A stretch of DNA of 64,000 nt, from positions 22,947 to 86,946 of the forward strand of contig CAXHJY010000115.1 in NCBI GenBank assembly GCA_964016885.1. The letters run 5' to 3'. The notes below the pieces were generated by a model. That model saw only the letters and a list, made by a program, of their open reading frames with translations. It searched no databases and was not told the DNA's origin. The position numbers and the translations under genes were made by a program. This document shows positions 13,993 to 26,433 of this stretch, piece by piece. The DNA comes from Eledone cirrhosa. Taxonomy: Eukaryota. How positions within the stretch are numbered: position 1 is the stretch's first letter; the number at the start of each line of letters is the position of its first letter.

Positions 13993-14158
13993 ATGAGTGT
14001 GAAATATCAACCTGTACCATCTAATGACGTTTATGAAAGTCAAATTGATTTCTCCTCCCCTTTCAAGTACAGTACAGTGAAATCAAATACACATTTGAAA
14101 TCCATATTTACCTATTCTAACCAAACATCTCAATCTACTGATGTCCAGCTAACCTCAG
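13993..14158 (+). CDS. STOML1: STOML1 coding exon 1 (acceptor at 13949)
   Basis: ACAATG start, MSVKYQPVPS..., CAG|GTAAGT donor, phase 1. Confidence 0.8.
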
Positions 14159-17100
14159 GTAAGTATTGACTACATCCATCATCAAGGTCTCTTCAGTTGT
14201 GTCAAAGATATGACATCCTCTATGGTCTTATGATAAAATACATTTAATAGGGCCCAGGAATGTATGTGAGCAAGATGTAAGCTACCAGCTCCTCTGAGCA
14301 CTTGGTAGAATGCAGGAATGCATTAACCCTATGGTCAGTAGCTTTACCTTACATTTCAATACTAAAGTCAGTATGGGTAAAGGGTAAAGACCCGCTTCAG
14401 ACACGAATGACCATGGGATTTGTACCTAAAAAGTGCCCCTCCAAAACACAAGTCAGGGCAAGTTTGTGTGTGGAAGACCAACAGTTGCCCATGAAAACCA
14501 GCCTCCCCTCTCCACACCACCGATGTTGTCCAAGGGAAAGGCAAAGGCCGATACAGCTGGGCACCTGTGACATCATAACTCATTTCTACAGCTGAGTAAA
14601 CTGGGGCAACGTGAAATAGTGTCTTGCTCAAAGACACAATGCATCACCTGGTCCAAGAATCAAACTAACAACCTCCCGATTGCAAGCCTAATACTTTAAC
14701 AACTAAGCCATGCACTTTACTGTGTATATACCAACTAATTCTTCCAAAATACTCTCTCCTCTGTCAGTAAAGTCACTATATACCAACCAATTCTTCCAAA
14801 AAAGCTCGTCTTCAGACATGTACTAACTAGTGTAGGTGACTAAAAATGAAGACAGGATTGCTATGAATTCATTTCAACACTAGAATACTGATGTGTTAAT
14901 ATTTTCTATTTTGCAGTACAAGTATCCTTCTGGAGGCGTTTAGGGTACTGGGCAGTTTTATTTGCTGCCTATCTTTTTCTCTTTATTACCATGCCAGTCT
15001 CACTTTGGTTTAGTTTCAAAGTAAGTAATATAGTGTTTTTTTTATATCTTTTAACTAGTCTCCTCCTCCTTCAAGATATAAGGGTCTAACAATTTACTGT
15101 GAGAGCTATACCTTCCCAACCCTCTTCCATTCCTTCCTCTCTATTGTCTATTCCCCTGATCACATTCATGTATTCTTCAATTTCATCCCTCCATCTCCTC
15201 CTCTGTTTTCCCCACATTCCCTCCCTCTCTCCTGTAATCCCCTCCATGGTTCTAACCTGCCTCTATTCACCTAATATTTCAATCTCAAAAAGTCTAAAAA
15301 TTAATAACCAATGATTCATGGAAGAGACATCTTAACCATTCAAAAAACACAAAAACTCTTAACTTCACTTTACAATTATAATAAATTTCTCAGTGTTGAA
15401 ATTCTCACGACACTGTTTGTGACCTGTTGCATAGTTTGTCACCTGGTCACTGACACAGTTCTTCTAAAACATTCCATAATATATCAGATAATAAATTTAT
15501 ATTTACATCAATTAACAGAGAATACCAGCTTATGAAAGAATTGTCATTTTCCGGCTTGGTTTGATGAGGAAAGCTAAAGGACCAGGTATATCATTTTTCT
15601 ATCATTACCATCATCATCATCACCATCATTTTTCTGTTTAGCATGGGTAGTATCTCAGCTTATATTACTCATTATTTATTCACCCATATGTATAATATAT
15701 ATAGATATATAACCAAGTAATACTAAATGGTTTATGTATATATACAATCTTCCTCTGAAGAATCTATTGGGTACAATTCTACGGTAATATATAAATCTCG
15801 TTTATTCCACCGTAGAATTATCAAGTGTACCTAAGGGATGAAACACCATGTAATGAATAAATTTTATTATTAAAAATCTTGCTTTCTCCACCGTATATTT
15901 CTGCTTATATATATATATCATCCTCATCATCATCGTTTAATGTCTATCTTCCACGCTAGCATGGGTTTAGACGGGAATTGTCCCACTTGAGGCAAGATTG
16001 GTCGTCTCACTCGTATAGGACTGTCTGGCAGGTGTTCTATGGCTGGATGCCCTTCCTAACACCAACCACATTTACAGTGTGGACTGGGAGGTTTTTACCA
16101 TGTTACCTACACGGCCACATTATAGCGTTGACTGTGTGTTTTTTTGTCGTGACACCTACGCAACCTCATTTATTTAGGACTGGATGTTGTGGTACCAACA
16201 TAACTTTACAGAGAAAGGGGTGGTGTTGATGGGAGTGGGGGGTGGGAGTTGAGGTAGTGGGATGGGGGTGTATATTTGATTAAGAGGTGCCTACTGACTA
16301 GGTTTTGCTTTGTACTTAGGCAAGACGGGTCTTCTGTATTACTGTGTAGCGCCAAAGATATATATATATATATGTTCTGAGGCTTGACCAGTCAGCTGAT
16401 TATGTCATTTTTATATGTTCCATTCTGGTATGATTTCTACAACTATATGCCCTTCATAACACCTTTACAGTCAGTGGGTACCAGTTGTGCTTTTGTCAGT
16501 TTAACATGAACTCATTTCCTACATTTCAAATGTCAGATTATATTTTGTTCTTTTTTTAAGGTTTTGTATTTTTCCTTCCATGGATTGACCAATGCCATAT
16601 TGTTGACATGAGGACAAAGGCTTTTAATGTTCCTCCTCAGCAGGTACAGTATTTTATTAAATAAAAGTTTAACATAGTGTTTACCTACTTCAATAGCTCT
16701 GGTTTGATTTTAGATCCCTAAATACATAATTACAAAAATATAAATATTTAGATATGATGCAAACCCTAAGTACAGATTATGTAACTAATACACTACAAGT
16801 GTCTTAACCCTTTTATTACCATATTTCTGATGAAAAATGCTACCTTCGATATTCAAATAATTACGAATTTGAAGGGATTTAGAAATAATATTAACTTTCT
16901 AATTATTAAGTTGGCGTTTGGAACAAATGTTCATACATAAAATTATAATTATTTCTACTTTTGGCACAAGGCCAGCAATTATTCCAGTGCATTACTGGTA
17001 CTTTATTTTATCGACCCCGTAAGGATGAAAGGCAAAGTTAACCTCGGCGGGATTTGAACTCAGATCATAAAGGGCCATAACTCTATGGTGCAAAGCATGG

Positions 17101-19462
17101 CGTCCGACCCTCTACCAATACTGCCAATCCACCGCCCTATAAAATTATAATGGAAGGTTTTTAGATAAATATAAATACTTTAAAACAAACAGTTTGGTGT
17201 CATAGAACCAGCAGCAGTTTCAGGCGATTTAGTATCAAAAGGTTTAAGGTTATTTTCCCTGCTAAAACAAGGGTTAGCTTGTCTTACAGCTAGGGCTCAA
17301 CTCTTTATAGTCACCTCTTACAGGGATACAGTGTACCTATTCTAAACCAGATGCACACATTACACACATAAACAACAAAAAATAAGAACATCCTGCTGCA
17401 CACATCTTAGGAACATCATGGAAGTGTGCCAAGTAATGCAGTAAAAACTTGCATGAAACTGTCCAAGAAACGACAACAGCTTCTAATTTAGGCACAAGGC
17501 CAACAATTTTGGGGAGAGGTGGAAAAGTCGATTATATCAACCCCAGTATTTGACTGGCCCTTTATTTTATTGAACCCCAGGAAAGATGAAATGCAGAGTT
17601 GACCTCAGCAGGATATGAACTAAGAATGCAAAGAACCAGAACAAATATCACAAAGCATCTATTTATCACTTCAGCCTATTCCCCACCATAAATAACAATG
17701 AAAACCTAAACCATTTTCCATTATTTTCTTAACAGATTATTATTGCTAAAGGAGCAGCCATTGAGATTGGAGCTGACGTTTATGTTCGTGTTGTGAATGT
17801 TCAGAAGTCTGTAGTTTGTGTCCAAGATCACAACCATTCTGTAAGACTACTTGTACAACTGACCTTGGTCAAGCTATTAACACAGAAAACCTTGGAAGAA
17901 ATAGAACAACAGAAGCATTCTATTTCAGCTATTGTGCAGGTATGTTACATACATATATATATATATATCATTATTTAAGATCCGCTTTCCCTGCTAGCAA
18001 GGGTTGGACAGGTCTCTATATATAGAGAGAGAGAGATGTGTGGCTATGCTGACTTATAACTTGCAGATGCGAGTTACAAGTCAGTATAGCCACACATCTC
18101 TCCATCTCTCTTAAGTTTTGAAAATCATGAAACTTGTGAAACTGGTAAAGTTATAAGTTGCTGTAAATAAACCTTAAAGACTCCAATTACAGTTCCAACT
18201 TCTTTTTCCTATATTTTTACCCAAGTGGTATATATTAAAAAAATCTTACTTTCAAATATATATATATATATATATATATCTATATCCAAAATTAAGATAG
18301 ATTAAAAGAATTCAATCAGAATTATGGGTGTCATTCCTTAACGGAATGTGCCATATCGCCCGGAAAATAAGCTCTAGGACTTTGTAAGTATGAGCATTTT
18401 AATAACTAGGAATTGATCAACATATATATAAATAAATATAAACATGAAAAATCACAGGAGATAATTTTTACAAGCGTGTAACCACGCATGGCTAGTAGGT
18501 AACAAATAAATAAAGTTAACTAGAACTCCAAAATATATACCTTTTAATGATTGCCTTGCTCGTACAGAACTGTTTCCGACTTGGTTTCTACGGCTGGATG
18601 TCCTTCCTAACGCCCACCACATTTATAGTGTGGACTGAGAACTTTGGTGGGGCAGGTGTATGGTGATTGGGGAGGTATAGGGGCATGTGTGAGGAGCAGA
18701 GTGTGAGGACATGGAAGGGTATGGAGGCGAATACTGAGTTCAAATCCTGCCAAGGTTAGCTTTGCCTTTCATCCTTATATGGGTCAATAAAATTGAAGTA
18801 CCAGTCACACACTGAGGTCAATTTAATCAACTTTCTCCTCCCCTAAAATTATTGGCAATGAACCTAAATCAGAAACCATTATTATCGACCCTTTACATTC
18901 AGAATTCAAATCCTGCTGAGGTTAGCTTTGCCTTTCATCCTTATGGGGTCAATAAAATGAAGTACCAGTCACACACTAGGGTTGATTTAATTGATTTTCC
19001 TCTCCTTTAAAATTATTAGCCTTGATTTAAAAAATTAATTAACAAACAAAAACATAGGCAGTGACTTTTGTTAGAAATATGGTAATGAAAGTGTTTAATT
19101 ATATGATAACATTTTCTTTCAGGATGAATGTAACAAGACAACATTTTGCTGGGGAGTTGAGATTAGTCGCTGTGAACTGTAAGTAATAGAAATATTTTAC
19201 CAGTTGTTCCCATTAACAGTCAGATAAGGAGACAAAACAACTGTTTTAAGGCCTTATGGGTTCTATGATAGACTTCATAATTATGTGGGGTCCTTTTTGT
19301 GACTGTGTTTAATGGCAAGAGAAGTACTTAGCGAAAAGTAAACCCTTTAATTGGCATTTGTTGACCTGGAGAAGGCTTTTGACAGAGTCTCCCATTCCAT
19401 TATCTAGTGGGCTCTTAGAAAACTAGGAGTAGATAAGTGGTTCGTGAGAGCAGTTACAAGCC

Positions 19463-19518
<56 letters not shown>

Positions 19519-22500
19519 TCATCATCATCATCATCATCAACGTTTAACGTCCGTGTTCCACGCTTGCATGGGTTTGGACGGGGGTTTTCCCACTTGAGGC
19601 AAGAGTGATTATCTTGCTCGCATAGGACTATCTGGCGGGTTTTCTACAGCTGGATGCCCTTCCTAACACCAACCACATTTACAGTGTGGGGCTGGGAGGT
19701 TTTTACCGTGTTGCCTACATGGCCACATTACAGCGTGGACTGTCTGGCGGGTTTTCTACAGCTGGATGCCCTTCCTAACACCAACCACATTTACAGTGTG
19801 GGGCTGGGCGGTTTTTACCGTGTTGCCTACACGGCCACATTACAGCGTGGACTGTGTGTTTTTTTGTCGTGACACCTACACGATCTCATTTGTTTCGGCC
19901 TGGATGTTGTGGCACCAACATAACTTTATATATATATATATCAGGTGTATACAGTGTGTTCAGTGTTGGTATCCAGTTTCGGGGTATCCAATTAGAAAAT
20001 CCAACGAATTTTTGAGAGGGGTCCACGCAAGCATTGATATCATCATCATCATCATCATCAACGTTTAACGTCCATGTTCCACGCTTGCATGGGTTTGGAC
20101 GGGGGTTTTCCCACTTGAGGCAAGAGTGGTTGTCTTGCTCGCATAAGACTGTCTGGAGGGTTTTCTACAGCTGGATGCCCTTCCTAACACCAACCACATT
20201 TACAGTGTGGGGCTGGGAGGTTTTTACCGTGTTGCCTACACGGCCACATTACAGCGTGGACTGTCTGGCGGGTTTTCTACAGCTGGATGCCCTTCCTAAC
20301 ACCAACCACATTTACAGTGTGGGGCTGGGAGGTTTTTACCGTGTTGCCTACACGGCCACATTACAGCGTGGACTGTGTGTTTTTTGTCGTGACACCTACA
20401 CGATCCCATTTGTTTCGGCCTGGATGTTGTGGTACCAACATAACTTTACATTGAAAGGGGCAGTGTGGATAGGGTGGGGGTGGTGGGACGGGGGTGTATT
20501 TTGTTAGAGATGCCTACTGACTGTAGTAGGTTTTACTTTGTATTTAGGTAAGGCGGGTCTTCTCTATTACTGAGTACCGCCAAAGGTCTCGGTCCAGTGA
20601 CATTGTCTTGGAGAGGTGTAAGTGTGTGAGGTCGGAATTTATCAGCTCGTCCCAGGTTTTTCTGGGTCTGCCTACTCCGTGGCTACCGTCTATCTTTATT
20701 GCCCTGCACTTTGTTATACAGCTATCGTCTTTCATGCGCATCACGTGACCATACCAATGTAGCCTTCTCTCGAGTAAACAACATCTGATCCCTCTTATTT
20801 CTAATTTTTTCCTTAGTTTGTTTATGCTTTGCCGTTCACGTATATTACTATTACACATCCAGCGAAGCATGCAAGCTCGTTCCTCTCTAGTCTGCGTATA
20901 TCCTCTGCACACAATGCCCAGGTCTCACTGCCATGCAACATTGCTGTTCGTATGCAGGCATCATACAGCCTGCCTTTCATTTTTAGGGAGAACCCTTTAG
21001 CGGCTAATAGTGGTATAAGCTCTCTGAACTTTTTCCATCCAGTTCTGACTCTAGCTACTGTACTTTCAGAGCACCCTCCCCCACTGCTGATTTTGTCACC
21101 CAGGTAACGGAAGCTGTCCACTATTTCTATAGGACCCTCTGTGCAGTTGAAAGAGCTAGTATTTTCTGGGCACTTGCTGCTACTTATTGCACCAGAGCAC
21201 CGGCCACATGTAAAATCTATGTTCTTAGTTAGCTTACCTGTGATCCCACTACATCTTTTATGCACCCATACTTTGCATTTGGGACACAAAATGGAGTTTC
21301 TACCTACGCCTTTCCTACACACTGAGCATGGCCACTTCCCGGAAGGGACCGCCGCCTTATTTTCTTTCTTACAAACTAGAACTTTAGTCTTAGCCAGGTT
21401 AATTTTAAGGCCTTTTGATTCTAGGCCGTGCTTCCATGCTTGGAATTTCTTCTCTAGCTCGGCCATTGATTCAGCTATGAGTGTTAGGTCATCTGCGTAT
21501 AGGAGTTCCCATGGGCAGCTGGTCTTGAACTCCTCTGTTATATCCTGAAGGGCAATAATAAATAGTAGGGGGCTGAGAACAGAGCCCTGATGGACGCCAA
21601 CTTTTACGCTAAACTCTTCACTATATTCGTTGTTAATTCTAACCTTGCTGACTGTTTCTTTATACATGGCTTGTATAGCTCTCACAAGCCATTCGTCAAC
21701 ACCTAGTTTTCTAAGAGCCCACCAGATAATGGAACGGAGGACTCTGTCGAAGGCTTTCTCCAAGTCGACAAAAGCTAAGTATAGGGGTTTACTTTTAGCT
21801 AGGTACTTCTCCTGTAGTTGTCGTACAATGAAAAGAGCATCTGATATATATATGTATATATGTAAAATGTAAGCAGAAATAACAACGAAAGATTTCCTGG
21901 TAGAAGTTCAGGTGTATTCAGTGTTGGTATCCAGTTTCGGGGTATCCAATTAGAAAATCCAACAAATTTTTGAGAGGGGTCCACGCAAGTATATATATAT
22001 ATATGTATATGTAAAATGTAAGCAGAAATAACAACACATATACTAATGAACATACATTACATTAAACACAGAGGGACTGTAAATGATAATAATTTAGGAA
22101 AGCCCTTCAAGATGTATATGACGAAAAAGAAGACGATTTAGAGACGTATGACATAGATAATAACTGGAATTTCTTACGTGACAACTTGCTGCAGGCTACT
22201 GATGAAACCTGTGGCTGGAGCAGAGCTCCAACCAGACAGAGAGTGACCTGGTGGTGGAACAGCACAGTAGATAAGGCTATTAGAGACAAAAGACTAGCAT
22301 GGAAGGCTTGGAAAAAGGGTGGGAGTAGGGAAGAATATACAGCCACTAAGAGAGAAGCTAGACGTCAGGTGTACTTAGCACGCAGGGAGGCAGAGAGTAG
22401 GAGGTTTGCCAATGTTCTGCGACGGGAAGATCAGAGGCGTGCGGTGTTCCACATTGCAAGGCAGTGTGTCAATGCAAATCAGGATGTTGTTGGAGATAAA

Positions 22501-25500
22501 TGTGTCCGGGATGATGCCGGTGTACTTAGTGTCACGAATAATCAGAAAAAGGAGGCCTGGAAATGTCATTATGAGAGACTGATGAATGTGGAGAACGAAT
22601 GGGAGAGAGAGAAATTACCCTTGGTGGATCCGACAGAGGGACCAGCTATTGAAATTGATGAATATAGGGTCCAAGAGGTGATTAGGGAAATGAAAAATGG
22701 TAAGGCTGCCGGACCATCGGGAATAGTTGCTGAGATGCTGAAGGCATCAGGGGACGTAGGCACTAAACTGGTTGCACGCATCATCAATCAGGCTATATAT
22801 GGTGGTGTCATACCCAAAGACTGGTGCAGCAGTATTCTCATAAATTGCTACAAAGGTAAAGGGGATGCTTTGGAGAGGAGCAATTATAGGGGTATAAAAC
22901 TGATAGATCAGGTTATGAAAGTGGCAGAAAGGATTTTAGCACAACTAATTAGAGAAAGGGTCAAACTAGATGAGATGCAGTTTGGTTTTGTGCCTGGGAA
23001 GAGTACAACAGATGCCCTCTTCTTGGTGAGACAATTGCAAGAGAGGTTCTTAGAGAAGAATAAGCTACTATACTTAGCCTTTGTTGACCTAGAGAAGGCC
23101 TTTGATAGGGTACCCCAATCTGTCATCTGGTGGTCCCTAAGGAAGCTAGGTGTTGAGGAATGGCTTGTGAGGACAGTGCAAACTTTGTACAGAGGTACTC
23201 TCAGTAAAGTCAGGGTAGGAATGGAGTTTAGTGAGGAATTCCAGATACAAGTAGGCGTACATCAGGGTTCGGTCCTCAGCCCGCTCTTGTTCATTATAGT
23301 CCTCCAAGCCATAACAGAGGAGTTTAAGACTGGCTATCCATGGGAACTTCTCTACGCTGACGATCTGGTTCTGAGAGCAGAATCAGTAGAGGAGCTAGAG
23401 AATAAATTCTGGCTATGGAAACAGCAGTTGGAAGCAAGAGGACTGAGAGTGAATCTAGCTAAGACAAAAGTGTTGATGAGTAGAAAAGAGGACAAAACCC
23501 TGATTCCGTGAGGGAAATGGCCATGTTCGATATGCAGAAAAGGAACTGGCATAAATTCTATAAAATGCACACAATGCAGATCCTGGGTACACAAGAGATG
23601 TAGCGGGATAGCAGGCAAACTAACAGGTAGGGAGAAATATGTATGCAGTAGATGTACAGGGAAATTAGACAGTAGAAGTTGCATTGATAGACACATTTTT
23701 CAAATGCAGGAGGGCGCTATAGAAGTGGTGGATAGCTTCCGGTACCTAGGAGATCAGATTAGCATGGGAGGAGGGTGTTCCGAGGCCATAGTATCTAGAA
23801 TAAGGACGGGTTGGAAGAAGTTTAGGAAGCTGCTTCCTCTGTTGACGAAGAAGGGTTTCTCCCTGCGTACGAAAGGCCGGTTGTATGAAGCCTGTGTGAG
23901 GAGCGCGATGCTGCATGGTAGTGAGACATGGGCAGCAACTGCAGAGGATATGCGACGGCTGGAGAGAAATGAGGCAAGCATGCTCCGTTGGATGTGCAGT
24001 GTAAATGTGCGTGAACGACCCAGCATAAATGTGTTGAGAGAGAAACTGTGTCTGAGACGGATAGAATGTAGTGTACGCGAGAGGAGACTGAGGTGGTATG
24101 GACATGTGATGCGCATGGAGGATGACCGATGGGTGAAGAAGTGCCAGGAATTGCCAGTTGAAGGAAGACGTGGTAGAGGTAGACCACAAAAAACATGGGC
24201 GGAGGTGGTGAGAACAGACCTCAGATCATTGAAGCTCACGGTGGAGATGACGAGGGACCGTGATGAGTGGAGAGATGCTGTGCTGAATAAGACCCGTCCC
24301 ACCCTTGCAAGCAGGGAAAAGCGGACGTAAAATGATGATGATGATATATATTCAATTGAATCTGACTCTAATCATTGTATTTCTTTTTAAGTGGTAAACT
24401 TTATCTATTACCTTGTTTAACCATCTGATCCTTGGATGCTTTCAACAGAATCCACTTTGCTGCTAGCATTTGGGCCAGACCTCCAGTTTGAGGATAACTT
24501 TATCCTTACACCTTTAGATTCTCTTGAAAAATAGGTTATCATGGCCACTGCCCACCCTCCCCCTCCTTCATTAAACAGTAATAAGAAATAAAAAGGTTTT
24601 TTTCACATATTTTTCTATATTTTTTTAGGTCTCATATAAAAGTCCTTGTTGCACCTTCTGATAAAAAGGTTCCTTTACCTAAATGTCTCCAGCCACCAGG
24701 TTATACAGATTCCAAGTATGAAGGTCTCTTTGACAATCTACCTGTTCCTTTCCAGCAGCTGGCTAATGCAGTCGTGAACAAAACAAAAGGTGACCCCATA
24801 CTCACATTATTCGTTAATGCACATGCACATACATACATCATGCACACACATACATCATGCAACACACACATGCAGACAACAGTCAGACTCATAAGTAATG
24901 GTTCCTTAATTTTGCCCAACCACTGAGTGGAAAGTTTGATGTTTCAACCTTTCAGTGACAATAGTTCTAAAGAAATTCACTGTTTCAATTAATGAAGATT
25001 TACCAAAATTATTGATTAATTCAATACTAAGATAATATCGTTCTTATACAAAATTACGGTGAAAGATTTCAATTTATTTTAAACACCTTTATAATGAGCA
25101 GGTTTTTTTTTTTTCATAGAACCAGGGACAGGTTTTGTTTGGAGCTGATATCAAAAGGTTTAACTCTTTAGCATTTACATTACTCTATTTTTCCTATTGT
25201 ATTTTTGTGGAAAAAGCTCTAATTTACATAATTATCTCACATAATATTGAATCTATGAGATTTTGATGTTATTTATTTTGAGAACAATACCTTAACATTG
25301 GTATGATCAGCCAGTTATGGCCGGTTTGAACAGAAAGAGATGAGAGAATTCTGGACGGATACAGCTGGTTTAAATGCTAAAGGGTTAAGCAAAAATATTT
25401 TAAATTCCAAACTACTGAGCAACATTTTGATATAGATGTCAACAAAACATCCATGCTCCTGCATAGCGTAGGAGGAATGCTGCTCACAAGACACTTGCCC

Positions 25501-26433
25501 AAGATGCGACACAGTGAGACGGAACCCATAAACCACATGATTACAAAACAAATTCCTTAACCACACAGCCAGAATTACATCTATTTCTCGTTGTATGTTA
25601 TTGCTGAATTAACTTGGTTTATTATTTCTATCAGAGAGTTATTCCAACCAAACAACAGATATACCAAAGACATCTCCTACAAGAGAAGATGAGGAAAAAT
25701 ATTCAGAAATAACTAAAGACCCCTTTGATGTGATCATCTTTAAGCTACAGTCAGTGTTGGATAAAGATTTGGTGCAGTCTGTGAATTCAATTTACCAATT
25801 CCATATTGTTGGTGAGATTAATAAGAAGTTCATACTAGATCTCAAAAAGGGTATGTATTTACAATTTTGTTTCATCTTTATTCTGTTTAAAACATGTTGT
25901 TGTTGTTGTAGTATTGGTCATAATCCCACTAATGTCAGTTTAACCCTTTTTTGACACCTTTTGGGATGAGTTCTACAACACAAAACTGTTTATCTTAAAG
26001 TGTTTATATTTATCTAAAAACCTTCCCTCACAATTTTATGGAAGAACATTAACCCTTTAGCATTTACATTACTCTATATATACCAAAACTCTCTGCAATG
26101 GGTGTGAAGGATGATCTTTTTAATAATGAGAAAGTTGGTTACATTACTAAATCCCTTGAAATTCTTGGTAGAGAAAAAATTAATATTTATCAATGTCTCT
26201 TTTGTAATATATCTTCAGGTTGTGGGTCTGTGAAATTTGTTGAAACTACAGAAAATCCTGATTGTGCTGACGTTAGTTTGACACTTAACTACAAGGACTT
26301 TATATCATTAATACATGGGCAACTGAAACCTTTAGATGCCTACAAAAATGGTTGTTTGAAAATAACTGGAAATATGTTGGCAGCGCTGAGGATTGAACTT
26401 ATATTAAACAGATTACGAGCTGTCACTTTGTAG
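13993..26433 (+). CDS. STOML1: Stomatin-like protein 1 (SPFH + SCP2), join(13993..14158,14917..15020,15519..15585,16561..16643,17736..17939,19123..19178,24629..24789,25635..25850,26219..26433), 423 aa
   Basis: All introns are GT-AG with consistent phases (1272 nt total). Motifs: FITMPVSLWFSFK membrane hairpin, YERIVIFRLG..KGPG, LPWID..VDMRTKAFNVPPQ, WGVEISRCEL, and SCP2 motif GQLKPLDAYKNGCLKITGN. Confidence 0.92.
14390..14715 (-). mobile_element. CORE-type tRNA SINE in a STOML1 intron
   Basis: Reverse complement of the 46791-47118 element along its whole length. Confidence 0.8.
14917..15020 (+). CDS. STOML1: STOML1 coding exon 2 (hydrophobic hairpin)
   Basis: TTGCAG| ...YLFLFITMPVSLWFSFK |GTAAGT. 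Confidence 0.9.
15519..15585 (+). CDS. STOML1: STOML1 coding exon 3
   Basis: RIPAYERIVIFRLGLMRKAKGP, AG/GT bounded. Confidence 0.92.
15750..15857 (+). ncRNA. Degenerate type I hammerhead-like motif with an extended stem II, in a STOML1 intron
   Basis: TTCCT-CTGAAGA-[long hairpin incl. AATTCTACGGT/ACCGTAGAATT]-GAAAC-ACCAT-GTA-ATGAA, followed by AATAAA; one mismatch in stem I. Confidence 0.5.
15918..16355 (-). mobile_element. RTE LINE 3' end fragment with (ATC)n tail
   Basis: Colinear with 20039-20590 (GCTGGATGCCCTTCCTAACACCAACCACATTTACAGTG ... TAGGCAAGACGGGTC). Confidence 0.8.
16561..16643 (+). CDS. STOML1: STOML1 coding exon 4
   Basis: GFVFFLPWIDQCHIVDMRTKAFNVPPQQ, AG/GT bounded. Confidence 0.92.
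16804..17247. mobile_element. TTAA-flanked (piggyBac-like) MITE interrupted by a SINE
   Basis: TTAA-CCCTTTTATTACC ... GTATCAAAAGGT-TTAA; related pieces near 25100, 37743, 48800 and 51440. Confidence 0.65.
16950..17138 (-). mobile_element. tRNA-derived SINE of a second family (Meta-domain-like body), with 13-bp TSD
   Basis: TSD ATAAAATTATAAT at 16937 and 17139; B box GAGTTCAAATCCC and body TTTGCCTTTCATCCTTACGGGGTCGATAAAATAAAGTACCAG on the minus strand; many more copies in the window. Confidence 0.85.
17736..17939 (+). CDS. STOML1: STOML1 coding exon 5
   Basis: IIIAKGAAIEIGADVYVRV...SISAIVQ, 68 codons, AG/GT bounded. Confidence 0.9.
19123..19178 (+). CDS. STOML1: STOML1 coding exon 6
   Basis: DECNKTTFCWGVEISRCE, TTTCAG| ... 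|GTAAGT. Confidence 0.9.
19230..19465 (+). mobile_element. Old RTE RT fragment
   Basis: Encodes AFVDLEKAFDRV..I.WALRKLGVD with stops. Confidence 0.75.
19516..19927 (-). mobile_element. Second copy of the RTE 3' UTR with (ATC)n tail
   Basis: Nearly identical to 20039-20450, including the internal tandem duplication. Confidence 0.85.
20039..21843 (-). mobile_element. 5'-truncated RTE-clade LINE (RT, PHD-like finger, 3' UTR, GAT-repeat tail)
   Basis: ORF 20822-21763 with VHQGSVLSP, YADD, CSVC..CPKC..HKRC..CGRC, HGSETW; 20544-20912 with WYGHVMR..GRPRKTW. Confidence 0.95.
22075..24345 (+). mobile_element. 5'-truncated RTE-clade LINE with premature TGA at 23509
   Basis: WWN, KNGKAAGPSGI, NYRGIKL, QFGF, DLEKAFD, YADD, RWYGHV; ends in (ATG)n. 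Confidence 0.95.
24629..24789 (+). CDS. STOML1: STOML1 coding exon 7 (linker)
   Basis: Strong pyrimidine tract TTTTTTAG; open in the expected phase (SHIKVLVAP...FQQLANAVVNKTK); AAG|GTGAC donor. Confidence 0.75.
25160..25388. mobile_element. TTAA-flanked MITE (second family)
   Basis: TTAACTCTTTAGCATTTA ... TAAATGCTAAAGGGTTAA; an isolated end also at about 26049. Confidence 0.65.
25635..25850 (+). CDS. STOML1: STOML1 coding exon 8 (start of SCP2)
   Basis: ...LVQSVNSIYQFHIVG...FILDLKKG, |GTATGT donor. Confidence 0.85.
26219..26433 (+). CDS. STOML1: STOML1 last coding exon (end of SCP2)
   Basis: TTCAG| GCGSV...ADVSLTL..DF...GQLKPLDAYKNGCLKITGNMLAALRIE..TAG. Confidence 0.9.

Noticed and set aside
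26098-26218. N-terminal part of the 111-aa ORF
   Set aside because: Intron read-through; the SCP2 exon begins at the acceptor at 26218
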